DNA from: a virus
Lineage: Duplodnaviria; Caudoviricetes
Reading direction: 5' to 3' (one strand)
Length of the DNA stretch: 64,000 bases
Virus record (IMG/VR): IMGVR_UViG_3300021364_000005
In this document: piece after piece, positions 19,115 to 27,243 of the stretch
Numbering within the stretch: the first letter of the stretch is position 1
Layout of the letters: the number at the start of each line of letters is the position of its first letter
The notes under the pieces: model-generated
The model's database searches: none
Told to the model about the DNA's origin: nothing
What the model saw: only the letters and a program-made list of their open reading frames with translations
Program-made: the position numbers and the translations under genes

Positions 19115-19269
19115 TATAGTCCTGCCTCCCTAGCACGTTTTTCTAAATCTACGTCTGCTTCTTTACGATTAACTGCATCGTATGAAGGATAACCTTTTTC
19201 AAATACAGGAGCTTCAAATGCTTGTTCATGCTTCTTTGCTTTCTCCACAGTCTTAGGTCCCCCATGCAT
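19114..19269 (-). CDS. Small hypothetical protein (51 aa)
   Basis: Fills the gap between queE and 18713..19114; it is the 3' part of the track ORF 19114..19671. Confidence 0.4.
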   Translation of the reverse strand: MHGGPKTVEKAKKHEQAFEAPVFEKGYPSYDAVNRKEADVDLEKRAREAGL

Positions 19270-20149
19270 TTCCGAATAAGCTAATGTGGAGTCTTGGACT
19301 GAATCGCCATCCTCGCTCCATGCACGAGTTGGCCACTTCTGCCACGTTAAGATTATACTCTTCCGAACGTCCGCCAAGCGGCATAAGATATACTGGACAC
19401 TCGACGCCTGCATCACGATATTCTTGAACAGCACGACCAACTTCTTCAAAGTCGTCCATACTAGCCACGACAAATTTAAAATACTGGCTACTGTTAGTAA
19501 CACTGGCGTAATCACTAGCAACATCAGGCAAGATAGCATCACTCCAAGATTCTCCTGAAACGGAGAGTTTAGGCGAACAACTAAATGTTGTTTTGAATCT
19601 TGCATTGTCTGAAAGATATCGCTTGAAATCTTTGTGTAAAGGTTGTGTAGTGTTTGTTTCAAATGTAACATTTTTTAAGTCCCTCATTTTCGGATGTTCA
19701 AACAGCTCGACATACAGTCGTTGCCAAGCAAGTAATGGCTCACCGCCAGTAAGAATAAGATGAATGTCTTGTCCATTATCCATAGTCCATTTACCTTCTG
19801 GTAGTAAACTAATCAAATGATCAACAACTTCATCTACTTCTGCTAGTTTGTTAAAGTGTTTAAACTCTGGATAGATGCTTGCATATGTATCACAGCCTGT
19901 ATGAATGATAGGCAAGTCCTCAAACTTTTCTGTAGTCTCGTGTACACCTGCATCGAGCAATGCTTTTACTTCTGCATTGTAACGCTGACCTTCTGCGTGC
20001 TGTTCCCAACGATCTTTTTTAGTATCAACACCAAAGTTCATACAACGAAAGTTACAACCAAAGGTACGTAGGAACACACTAGGTACTCCTACGTATTTGC
20101 CTTCGCCTTGTACGCTATAGAACGCTTCACTATACCTCAGTTTCATCAA
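19253..20149 (-). CDS. queE: 7-carboxy-7-deazaguanine synthase (radical SAM)
   Basis: E-FYSVQGEG-YVG-PSVFLRT-GCNFRC...GCDT; LTGGEP; FETN; SPKL; RLH. Confidence 0.9.
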   Translation of the reverse strand: MMKLRYSEAFYSVQGEGKYVGVPSVFLRTFGCNFRCMNFGVDTKKDRWEQHAEGQRYNAEVKALLDAGVHETTEKFEDLPIIHTGCDTYASIYPEFKHFNKLAEVDEVVDHLISLLPEGKWTMDNGQDIHLILTGGEPLLAWQRLYVELFEHPKMRDLKNVTFETNTTQPLHKDFKRYLSDNARFKTTFSCSPKLSVSGESWSDAILPDVASDYASVTNSSQYFKFVVASMDDFEEVGRAVQEYRDAGVECPVYLMPLGGRSEEYNLNVAEVANSCMERGWRFSPRLHISLFGNAWGT

Positions 20150-20414
20150 CGTCCTCCATAATATTTTCTAAATCATCAAACGATGCTACATATTTTTTAT
20201 TTGATCGATCATCTAGTACTTCTACTAATCGACTAGCAGTATCACGTGCAACCAATGCACCTGTGCTTGTGTAATTACCGTATTTTGCAACAGGTAAGTC
20301 TGCCATGCTATACATACCACCTGGACGACCAAATTGATCTAGTGGAATATCTTTTACTGTAAATGTACAGTTGTAAGATTTACCTGGGGTAATATTTTCA
20401 ATTGAAATACTCAT
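20130..20414 (-). CDS. Hypothetical protein
   Basis: ATG overlaps the folE stop (TAATG). Confidence 0.6.
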   Translation of the reverse strand: MSISIENITPGKSYNCTFTVKDIPLDQFGRPGGMYSMADLPVAKYGNYTSTGALVARDTASRLVEVLDDRSNKKYVASFDDLENIMEDVDETEV

Positions 20415-21097
20415 TAGCAAGCAAACTCCTGTTGCAGTTTAATATTGTCAAAGAACTCTTTCTTTGTACCCGGATCGTCTTTAAATGCACCTTTTAGTAC
20501 AGTTGTTTGTGTTAAACTACTATGTGCCATAATGCCACGGTTCTCACAACAACCATGTGTTGCTTGAATATACACACCTAAGTGTTCTGCATTAGTTGCT
20601 AGTTGAATTTGCTTTGCAATTTCGTTTGCAAGTTCTTCTTGCAGTGTTCCACGTCTAGCACACCACTGTGCAATACGTGTATACTTACTAAGTCCAATAA
20701 GTTTCTCAGCGGCAATAATACCAATGTATGCAGTACCTACTACTGGCTGATGATGATGTGAACACATACTTTTTAGTTCTGATCGAACTACAAGCATACC
20801 TTCGTATCGTTCTTCTGAATCATTTGGAAATGCTGTTGCACCCGGCTTTGGATCGTAACGTCCTGCCATAATTTCATTAAAGTACATTTTAGCAAGGCGT
20901 CTTGCTGTACCTTCTGAATTTGGGTCATTAAGACGATCAATTACAAGTGCATCTAGCACACTTTCGAATGCTCTAGTAGCATCGTTAATTAATTCTTCTT
21001 TATCACCACGTTGTAAGACTTGTGAAATATTATCGCCAGCCCAGTAACGGATGCCAGCGTCTTCTAGTTTTTGTTTAATTTGTCTTGCTTTGCTCAA
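20414..21097 (-). CDS. folE: GTP cyclohydrolase I
   Basis: SMCSHH, IGLSK, RR-TLQE, ATHGCCENRG; TTG start with GGAG SD. Confidence 0.95.
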   Translation of the reverse strand: MSKARQIKQKLEDAGIRYWAGDNISQVLQRGDKEELINDATRAFESVLDALVIDRLNDPNSEGTARRLAKMYFNEIMAGRYDPKPGATAFPNDSEERYEGMLVVRSELKSMCSHHHQPVVGTAYIGIIAAEKLIGLSKYTRIAQWCARRGTLQEELANEIAKQIQLATNAEHLGVYIQATHGCCENRGIMAHSSLTQTTVLKGAFKDDPGTKKEFFDNIKLQQEFAC

Positions 21098-21137
21098 TTT
21101 GTTTCTCCGAGTTATAGACGAGGATGTCTATTGTTTT

Positions 21138-21166
21138 AATATACAGTATATTTAGGTTTTTGTCAA
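21138..21166 (-). promoter_or_regulatory. sigma70-type promoter for folE-queE
   Basis: TTGACA-17-TATATT. Confidence 0.75.
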
Positions 21167-21169
21167 CCA

Positions 21170-21415
21170 TTAACCGTTCAATTGTTCTTTTTCATCCAAC
21201 ATATCATCAAGAAAGTATCTTTCAACAATGTCCATTTGATCTTGATATGTTGCCATTTCTGCAAGTTCTTTTTCAATTGCGTCCATGATGTCCGGGTGTT
21301 CGCCAACACCTACAGCATTTTCTAAATATACTTCAATGTTGATTTTATGTTTTTGAATATGTGCATCTGCATGAGCCATTATAGTCTCTAGCATTTTTTG
21401 TTTCATAGTTTTCAT
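21170..21415 (-). CDS. Small hypothetical protein
   Basis: 81 aa; AAGGA SD. Confidence 0.6.
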   Translation of the reverse strand: MKTMKQKMLETIMAHADAHIQKHKINIEVYLENAVGVGEHPDIMDAIEKELAEMATYQDQMDIVERYFLDDMLDEKEQLNG

Positions 21416-21428
21416 GTTAATTTTCCTT

Positions 21429-21998
21429 TTAATAACTTCCCACGTTTTCCCATGGGTACACTAACCATACATCTTTTTCTTCTTTATTAACTTCATCGCA
21501 GTAATAGTTAACCTTGTGCGAAAAGTTACTAGACAAGTTATCCGTTAGTACGGCAAAACGGACATTATTACCGAATACATTATTCCAAACATCATCGCCT
21601 GGTAAACAACTAGATTTCCAATCCTTTATAAGCCAATTAAATGTTGCACCTGTATCGTTGATGTCATCTACAATAAGTATGTTCTTTTTCTTTTGAGGAT
21701 TATGGGTAGATGTTGGATAAAGATCATCTCTATCTCTAACTTCTTCGTAACCGTATGCATCTTCGGCCATCCAACAATTACTTTCTAAATGACTATCATC
21801 GTCACGTAAAGCTATTTTAAGTGCTTCGCAACGGATACCAGTCATATTACTTATAATAGTTGCAGGCACATTGCCTCCTCTGGTTATTCCTATGATGTAA
21901 TCCGGGCGCCAATTATCAGCATACATTTGATTAACTATGCTGACACACATATTTTCTACATCAGTCCATGAATAAATCTTCTTAGAAGGGGATGTCAT
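21429..21998 (-). CDS. Type I purine phosphoribosyltransferase (gpt/hpt-like)
   Basis: IIGITRGG and the PRPP-binding ILIVDDINDTGATF; C-terminal W-VYPWE. Confidence 0.85.
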   Translation of the reverse strand: MTSPSKKIYSWTDVENMCVSIVNQMYADNWRPDYIIGITRGGNVPATIISNMTGIRCEALKIALRDDDSHLESNCWMAEDAYGYEEVRDRDDLYPTSTHNPQKKKNILIVDDINDTGATFNWLIKDWKSSCLPGDDVWNNVFGNNVRFAVLTDNLSSNFSHKVNYYCDEVNKEEKDVWLVYPWENVGSY

Positions 21999-22398
21999 CG
22001 TCTAAACCTCGTTCTTTTAATTTGCCTTTGTAATCCTGTTCGCACATTTTATATATTGTTTTGAAATTATCATATGCTTTTTTAAGTGCAGGATATTCAT
22101 CACACATATTATCTATTTTCTCTAATTCTGGCATCACATCCTTAAACTCAGTTGCAGTAATTGTAATGTTATTTAGGTCAAAAGTTACATCACTTGAGTC
22201 AACTATGCCATCTAAACTTATTGTATACATACCGTCAACGTTTGATGTTGCTAAAGTATCAGTAGTATTAATAGTAATAGTGCTTGGACTTACTGTATCA
22301 TATGCAACACTATAAGTCATATCGTCATAAGGAGAAAAGGAACTTGCCTCTTCTAGGGTGATATAAACTTGATCATCGTCGTCTTTCTTTTTAGACAT
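21982..22398 (-). CDS. Acidic hypothetical protein
   Basis: Start moved to the ATG at 22398 (MSKKKDDD). Confidence 0.55.
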   Translation of the reverse strand: MSKKKDDDDQVYITLEEASSFSPYDDMTYSVAYDTVSPSTITINTTDTLATSNVDGMYTISLDGIVDSSDVTFDLNNITITATEFKDVMPELEKIDNMCDEYPALKKAYDNFKTIYKMCEQDYKGKLKERGLDDDIPF

Positions 22399-23437
22399 CT
22401 GATATGGTCCTATATAATGCGTTTCCACTAAAATAATCTTTGTTCAGTTTCATACGCTGCTTTTCTAAACTTACAATATAATCATCGTAATTTTCCATAT
22501 AGTCAACAATCTTAGCAGTAACATTGCCTCTATATTTTCTATATGAAGAATAATCTTCAGTCCAATCACTTGGATATTTGAATTCAGGAAGTGCCATTTC
22601 GCTATAGCTTAGTCTATCTGGAACCATTGGAATAGCATCTACAAGAGCACCTTCATACCAACTAATACCAAGTGTTTCTTGTAAGTTAGCACTAAACACA
22701 AGTTTTGCTTCACCTAGCAAATTATGGTATTCATTCTTTGTAAGTGTTTGTTCTTGACAAACTATAAACTCGTATTGTGGTAATTGTGCTTTAAGATCAT
22801 GGAATATATCTACTTGTTTTTCCGGAGCAATACGATGCGGGAAAAGAATAAGATCACGCTTTTCCATACCTTTGTAACTATCTAAACTGTTCTTTAGATA
22901 CTCCATAGGCCAGCCTACACGATGAGTTTTATCATCATCTATATCTAAACTTTCAGCAAATAGATCTATATGGAAGTCACTTGCAAAGAAGTTATCGTCA
23001 TAGCATTCATACATTGACTGCTCGGCATGACGTACCCAAGGCTTGTCGCCAATTAATCTTCCGAGGAAGTCTTGGGGATCATAACTTCCGGCGTGCCATA
23101 AGCCCCCAATACGGACATCCACGCCGAGTAATTCTGCCATGTAGCGTAGTTGTATAACAGTAGGGTTCCAAGCATCTGTGTATAAAAAGTAGTCATCGGT
23201 TTTAACTGTTCCATTACAAAACATTTCTCCAATTTGTTCTAGTTGTTTTGATTTATAAACATTAGTTCCGCCAAAATTGAGAAAAGCCCCAGGCGTAGTA
23301 GCCTGCGGCGTTTCCCCTCCGCTGATAACAACGACATCTTCATTTGTAGATCGTTCGAGCTGTTGTGGAAGGTGATCCTTCCATTGCTTAGTATAGCGTG
23401 TGTCAACTGCTTCTATATCTACAATATAAATAGTCAT
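22391..23437 (-). CDS. GT-B fold glycosyltransferase (GT4-like)
   Basis: FPHRIAPEKQ donor-binding loop; Y-NLLGEAK-VFSA-LQETLGIS-YEG-LV-AIP-VPD (E-x7-E motif). Confidence 0.85.
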   Translation of the reverse strand: MTIYIVDIEAVDTRYTKQWKDHLPQQLERSTNEDVVVISGGETPQATTPGAFLNFGGTNVYKSKQLEQIGEMFCNGTVKTDDYFLYTDAWNPTVIQLRYMAELLGVDVRIGGLWHAGSYDPQDFLGRLIGDKPWVRHAEQSMYECYDDNFFASDFHIDLFAESLDIDDDKTHRVGWPMEYLKNSLDSYKGMEKRDLILFPHRIAPEKQVDIFHDLKAQLPQYEFIVCQEQTLTKNEYHNLLGEAKLVFSANLQETLGISWYEGALVDAIPMVPDRLSYSEMALPEFKYPSDWTEDYSSYRKYRGNVTAKIVDYMENYDDYIVSLEKQRMKLNKDYFSGNALYRTISDV

Positions 23438-23649
23438 TAATTACTCCGTTGTTGAAACTTTCGTTGTGCGTGACGGTTCTTTGCACGAATCCAATTTAGG
23501 TGCTTCTGATATGCTTCCCATATAGGAGCTCCTTTTTTATACAAATCGGCTTCGTCAAACTTCTTGCCTTCAAAGCGGCAATAGTCACGAAACTTATCCA
23601 AATCGTTAAACACCTTAGTGTACGCTTCACGATTGAATTTAATAGACAT
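23437..23649 (-). CDS. Small hypothetical protein
   Basis: 70 aa; GAGG SD; coupled to the GT gene. Confidence 0.6.
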   Translation of the reverse strand: MSIKFNREAYTKVFNDLDKFRDYCRFEGKKFDEADLYKKGAPIWEAYQKHLNWIRAKNRHAQRKFQQRSN

Positions 23650-23664
23650 TTTCTCATATTCCTC

Positions 23665-24117
23665 TTATGATTGCTTAGGATAAATGTTGTGGCAGCCATT
23701 TTCTCCATCTTCGGAGACTTCGATAACAACAAAGCGGCCTGGATACTTTGTGTTAATTTCTTCATATAGGTCATCTGCAATCATCTCGCAAGACTTATAA
23801 TCAAGATTTAGTACATCATCTTTATAAAGATTTTCTAACCAGCGTTTGAACTGGATAAATTCAATTTCTCTGTCACTGTGTTTGACACTAATTGTAACTT
23901 TAAAATGGAACATATGGCGATGAGGATAACCTAAAAAGCTAACATCATACTCATCGCCTGTTGCTAGAGCAGGATCTTCTAGTGCCGCAGGATATTTATG
24001 AATTCCTTCCTTTTGAAAAGTGACCCAAATACTGCGGTTTACTTTCGATTCCATATAAATTTTCTTATCTTCTTCTCGCATCATGCGTAACATACCTTCA
24101 TAATAACGTTCTTGCAT
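23665..24117 (-). CDS. queD: QueD-like T-fold protein (6-carboxytetrahydropterin synthase or the DpdL paralog)
   Basis: Metal-binding His triad (EGIH...HRH-F), IEFIQFK, SCE-IA, V-EDGEN. Confidence 0.75.
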   Translation of the reverse strand: MQERYYEGMLRMMREEDKKIYMESKVNRSIWVTFQKEGIHKYPAALEDPALATGDEYDVSFLGYPHRHMFHFKVTISVKHSDREIEFIQFKRWLENLYKDDVLNLDYKSCEMIADDLYEEINTKYPGRFVVIEVSEDGENGCHNIYPKQS

Positions 24118-24124
24118 TGTTTAT

Positions 24125-24153
24125 AGTATACTTTCATAGTAAGATCTTGTCAA
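24125..24153 (-). promoter_or_regulatory. sigma70-type promoter for the queD-GT-PRT unit
   Basis: TTGACA-17-TATACT, nested in the 3' end of 24134..24667. Confidence 0.75.
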
Positions 24154-24667
24154 GTCCATATTTGCTCCAATCTGTAAATTTTTCTCTATCTAACAGATCG
24201 TGCAAACTATGACACCAGACACCTGGGTTGGACGCCTTAAAGTCTTTATCATCAATTTTCAACATAGTGTTGTAATTCCACTGTTTCACGTAAGGCACCG
24301 GAACGCGAAGTTGTGGGATAAAATTGTCATATTCAATTAAGCCTGATTCTAAAAATGCTTCAGCAAGTGCAATAGGAATATCTAAACTACAAAGATAACC
24401 TTCATCAAGGAACTCTGTAATCATATCTTCCCATTCACTCCATTCGTCTGCATCTTCTGGAAAATTAGTACCAGGATTAAAACTATGATTTGCACCAAAG
24501 AACAAGTGCTGACACTTTTCTTTTGTAAAGAATGTCATAATTTCTTCAGTATCTTGAATACCTTCAATAAAAAGTGTTTTCATTTTATATGCAGGAGTCT
24601 TTTCTACTTCGTAACCTGTAAAGTAGCAAACCTTTTCTACAATACCTTCTTCGTAATCTCTTTTCAT
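24134..24667 (-). CDS. Globular hypothetical protein within the dpd cluster
   Basis: 177 aa, coupled; no family recognised. Confidence 0.7.
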   Translation of the reverse strand: MKRDYEEGIVEKVCYFTGYEVEKTPAYKMKTLFIEGIQDTEEIMTFFTKEKCQHLFFGANHSFNPGTNFPEDADEWSEWEDMITEFLDEGYLCSLDIPIALAEAFLESGLIEYDNFIPQLRVPVPYVKQWNYNTMLKIDDKDFKASNPGVWCHSLHDLLDREKFTDWSKYGLDKILL

Positions 24668-24867
24668 CCTAATGCCTTTAGTTCAGTTTCGAGTCTGTGT
24701 ATTTCATCTTTGAGCCAAAGTTTTTGAGTTTTAAGCCTGTTTACTTTGTTATCATCTTCCCACTTATTATACAACTCTTTTACTTCGTCGTCAAGTGCTC
24801 TATGTTTCCGATATAATTCTTGTAAATGGGTTGCAATTTTATTGTGCTTCTCAGTAAAATTACTCAT
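24664..24867 (-). CDS. DUF465/YdcH-like small coiled-coil protein
   Basis: H-ALDD-V...LKTQKLWLKDEI pattern. Confidence 0.7.
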   Translation of the reverse strand: MSNFTEKHNKIATHLQELYRKHRALDDEVKELYNKWEDDNKVNRLKTQKLWLKDEIHRLETELKALG

Positions 24868-26318
24868 TCAAACAACTCCCCAAATTTAGTTTGTGCATTT
24901 ACAGTTTTCTTACCAGTGGCACCCCGTGTGCCAATGATGCTCATCCAGAAGCGGCTGTATTCTTCTACAAGTGCTTCTGCTTTTTGCCGGTCATCCGTTG
25001 CGAATATTTCGTCCACAACATCTCTGAAAAATAGCCTGTCAAAACGCTCTTCCACAAGCATTGCCGGAAGTATTCCGTTGTCGTATTGTCTATTTGCTTC
25101 TTGTACTGCATTAATGTGCATCCATACGTTATGCCCCATCATGATAGCATATGAAAAACTATCCCATGAGGTCTTGCCTTCTTTGCCTATTTTATTTAGA
25201 TCACCTGGACCATATATACAAATATCTTTGGCTTGAAGTTCTGCTGTAATCGGACTATCCATAAAGCTAGGATGTTTGCCTTCTCGAACGAATGCTTGCC
25301 CGAACTGAGTAGTATCTTGTGCAAGTGACTTATCATCTATACTAGGCACCATTCGATATACCCATTTAGTGCGATCTTGTGTTTCAAGTTCACAATAAAT
25401 CTGTCCATTAGCAGTTGCAAGGAATGGAGAAGCACAATCAAACGTAATAGTAAAGTTTTCATTGTGATATTTGCGTACTGCTCTTTGGATATCTGTTAAT
25501 AATGTAGCCCATTCGAGCTTTGAAGTACCTAAGAAGTGCATTACATCATGTATGCCTTTCTCAAGCAATCCGTCAAATCGCAGTGCAACCAAACGCTTGA
25601 GTGCAAGATGAACATCACACATATTTTGTCCACCCATCGACCAACCGTTGAAATGATCATTTGGATATTTCTTAGGATCACAATAATCCTTCATCTGGTT
25701 GTACCAGTCATCCGCATCGGCGTGATTTTCACCTTGGAGAACATTAAGGAACTTACAAGCACCTGTTCGATGTTTCATCCAATAATCATTGTTAATACGT
25801 GTTGCTTTTACTGCTTCTGCATATGTACTAATGCCTGTTGCTTTTGCACCTTCCGGAGAACGTGCAACCCAGGCTGGAATATCAAGTATCATTCCATAGT
25901 CCATATATGCGTCCATCCACTTCAAAACGCCATCACGTTTCTTTTGTGCCTTTGGACAATTTGGATCTTTCCAGTCACCTTCCCAAACACCCTTACCAAT
26001 TTGGAAGCCACCTGAGTCACCAAGTAGCCAAGTGTTTTGTCTATCTCTATTACGCACCATGTCTTCTTTAGGAGCAAACTTATTGACATCTAAGTCAGCG
26101 TGTCCGGCACTATACAAACTCCATTTGTAAGTAAACTGTCCTTCCTGTGCATTTAGATAATTTAAACTTTCAACTCCGTGTGTAAGGTTAGAAGGTATTC
26201 TGGACTTATCCACATATTCTTCATGACGTTGCTTACCTACATAGGTAGCATAAAAGCCACTTAGTGCGGGCAAAAAACGTGCATAATCATTTTGTGTTGC
26301 GGTTAAATCTTTATTCAT
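24864..26318 (-). CDS. dpdA: TGT-fold guanine transglycosylase acting on DNA (DpdA family)
   Basis: GDSGGFQ, MILDIP, NVLQG, MGG, HFLG and FDCASP TGT motifs; clustered with folE, queD and queE. Confidence 0.85.
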   Translation of the reverse strand: MNKDLTATQNDYARFLPALSGFYATYVGKQRHEEYVDKSRIPSNLTHGVESLNYLNAQEGQFTYKWSLYSAGHADLDVNKFAPKEDMVRNRDRQNTWLLGDSGGFQIGKGVWEGDWKDPNCPKAQKKRDGVLKWMDAYMDYGMILDIPAWVARSPEGAKATGISTYAEAVKATRINNDYWMKHRTGACKFLNVLQGENHADADDWYNQMKDYCDPKKYPNDHFNGWSMGGQNMCDVHLALKRLVALRFDGLLEKGIHDVMHFLGTSKLEWATLLTDIQRAVRKYHNENFTITFDCASPFLATANGQIYCELETQDRTKWVYRMVPSIDDKSLAQDTTQFGQAFVREGKHPSFMDSPITAELQAKDICIYGPGDLNKIGKEGKTSWDSFSYAIMMGHNVWMHINAVQEANRQYDNGILPAMLVEERFDRLFFRDVVDEIFATDDRQKAEALVEEYSRFWMSIIGTRGATGKKTVNAQTKFGELFE

Positions 26319-26515
26319 TAATCTTTCACGTTTAAATTGCTTGGGCTATATTGTTCACCATTATAGCCACTTCCAGATCCATCTACACCTGAGTTGCAAG
26401 CAAATACAACTAAGCATAGAAAGAAAGCACTCCACAGTGTAGCTCGTTTACTCCAAAGGATGAATCCATCCATTGCTTCTTCGGCTTGTTTCTGTGCTTG
26501 CTCTGCTGGTGTCAT
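26318..26515 (-). CDS. Single-TM peptide resembling aa3-type cytochrome c oxidase subunit IV
   Basis: Q-EE-MDGFILWS-R...hydrophobic helix...NS resembles the Rhodobacter/Paracoccus CtaH pattern (by eye). Confidence 0.5.
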   Translation of the reverse strand: MTPAEQAQKQAEEAMDGFILWSKRATLWSAFFLCLVVFACNSGVDGSGSGYNGEQYSPSNLNVKD

Positions 26516-27243
26516 TACTTACTCTGTGCTGGCAGGATATAGTCATACTTGGCCATACCGCTGTCTACTGAAATCATCATTGCACCTTGATCTGAGATAC
26601 TCATTGTTGCATCACCATCTAAGTTTAAAATACTTTGAACTTGTGCTACTGGCCAACTCCATGTATGTGCAAGTGTTCCTTCAATACCATGTTGGAAAAC
26701 AAACTCACCTGCGTGTGTACTTGCATCACCAAAGCTAAACACTAGATTTCCGTCTTTAGTACTAACATTAAATGTTGGTTCTTCTGAGTGTGCAGCACTC
26801 ATTAGCTTCATACGTGCAATACTTGCTACACTTGGACTAAAAGTAATCTGCCATTGTGCGCCTTTAAACTTTACAGTTTTAAGTTTTTCTTCAATAATTG
26901 CTTTGTTCATAAAGCGATAATCATTTTGAAAGTCGCCTGCTGCGTTTTCAAAGTGAATGTGTGTTGGAACAACCTCTCCATTACGTTCTGCTGTTACAAC
27001 TTCAATTTTTGCATCCTTTTGATATTCCGGATTTTTCAAATGCAAGCTAAGTTTGTCTAAATTTGGCATACCAAATGTGTCAACAAACTCTGATACAGGC
27101 GAGTGTGTTTCTGCACTTAGGATAACACTTCGATCGTCTGCCATTGAATCAATTAAAGTGCCTTCGTCGTTCTGCACTTTTACAATGCTTAGGAAGCCTA
27201 ATGCATGGGTGTGTGCAACAATGTCTTGTAAGATATCTTTCAT
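26515..27243 (-). CDS. Sliding clamp (gp45/PCNA-like)
   Basis: Size and two-domain beta pattern; ends in YDYILPAQ; own promoter; a clamp loader is in the window. Confidence 0.7.
   Translation of the reverse strand: MKDILQDIVAHTHALGFLSIVKVQNDEGTLIDSMADDRSVILSAETHSPVSEFVDTFGMPNLDKLSLHLKNPEYQKDAKIEVVTAERNGEVVPTHIHFENAAGDFQNDYRFMNKAIIEEKLKTVKFKGAQWQITFSPSVASIARMKLMSAAHSEEPTFNVSTKDGNLVFSFGDASTHAGEFVFQHGIEGTLAHTWSWPVAQVQSILNLDGDATMSISDQGAMMISVDSGMAKYDYILPAQSK

Noticed and set aside
19114-19671. 185-aa ORF overlapping queE, or a frameshift extension of QueE
   Set aside because: The first 134 codons are an alternative frame of queE with no protein-like signal, and QueE ends normally at GNAWGT. Only the last 51 codons are kept as a small gene.
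21100-21135. preQ1-I riboswitch upstream of folE
   Set aside because: The loop is only 6 nt, and there is no A-rich L3 tail or conserved preQ1 loop sequence.
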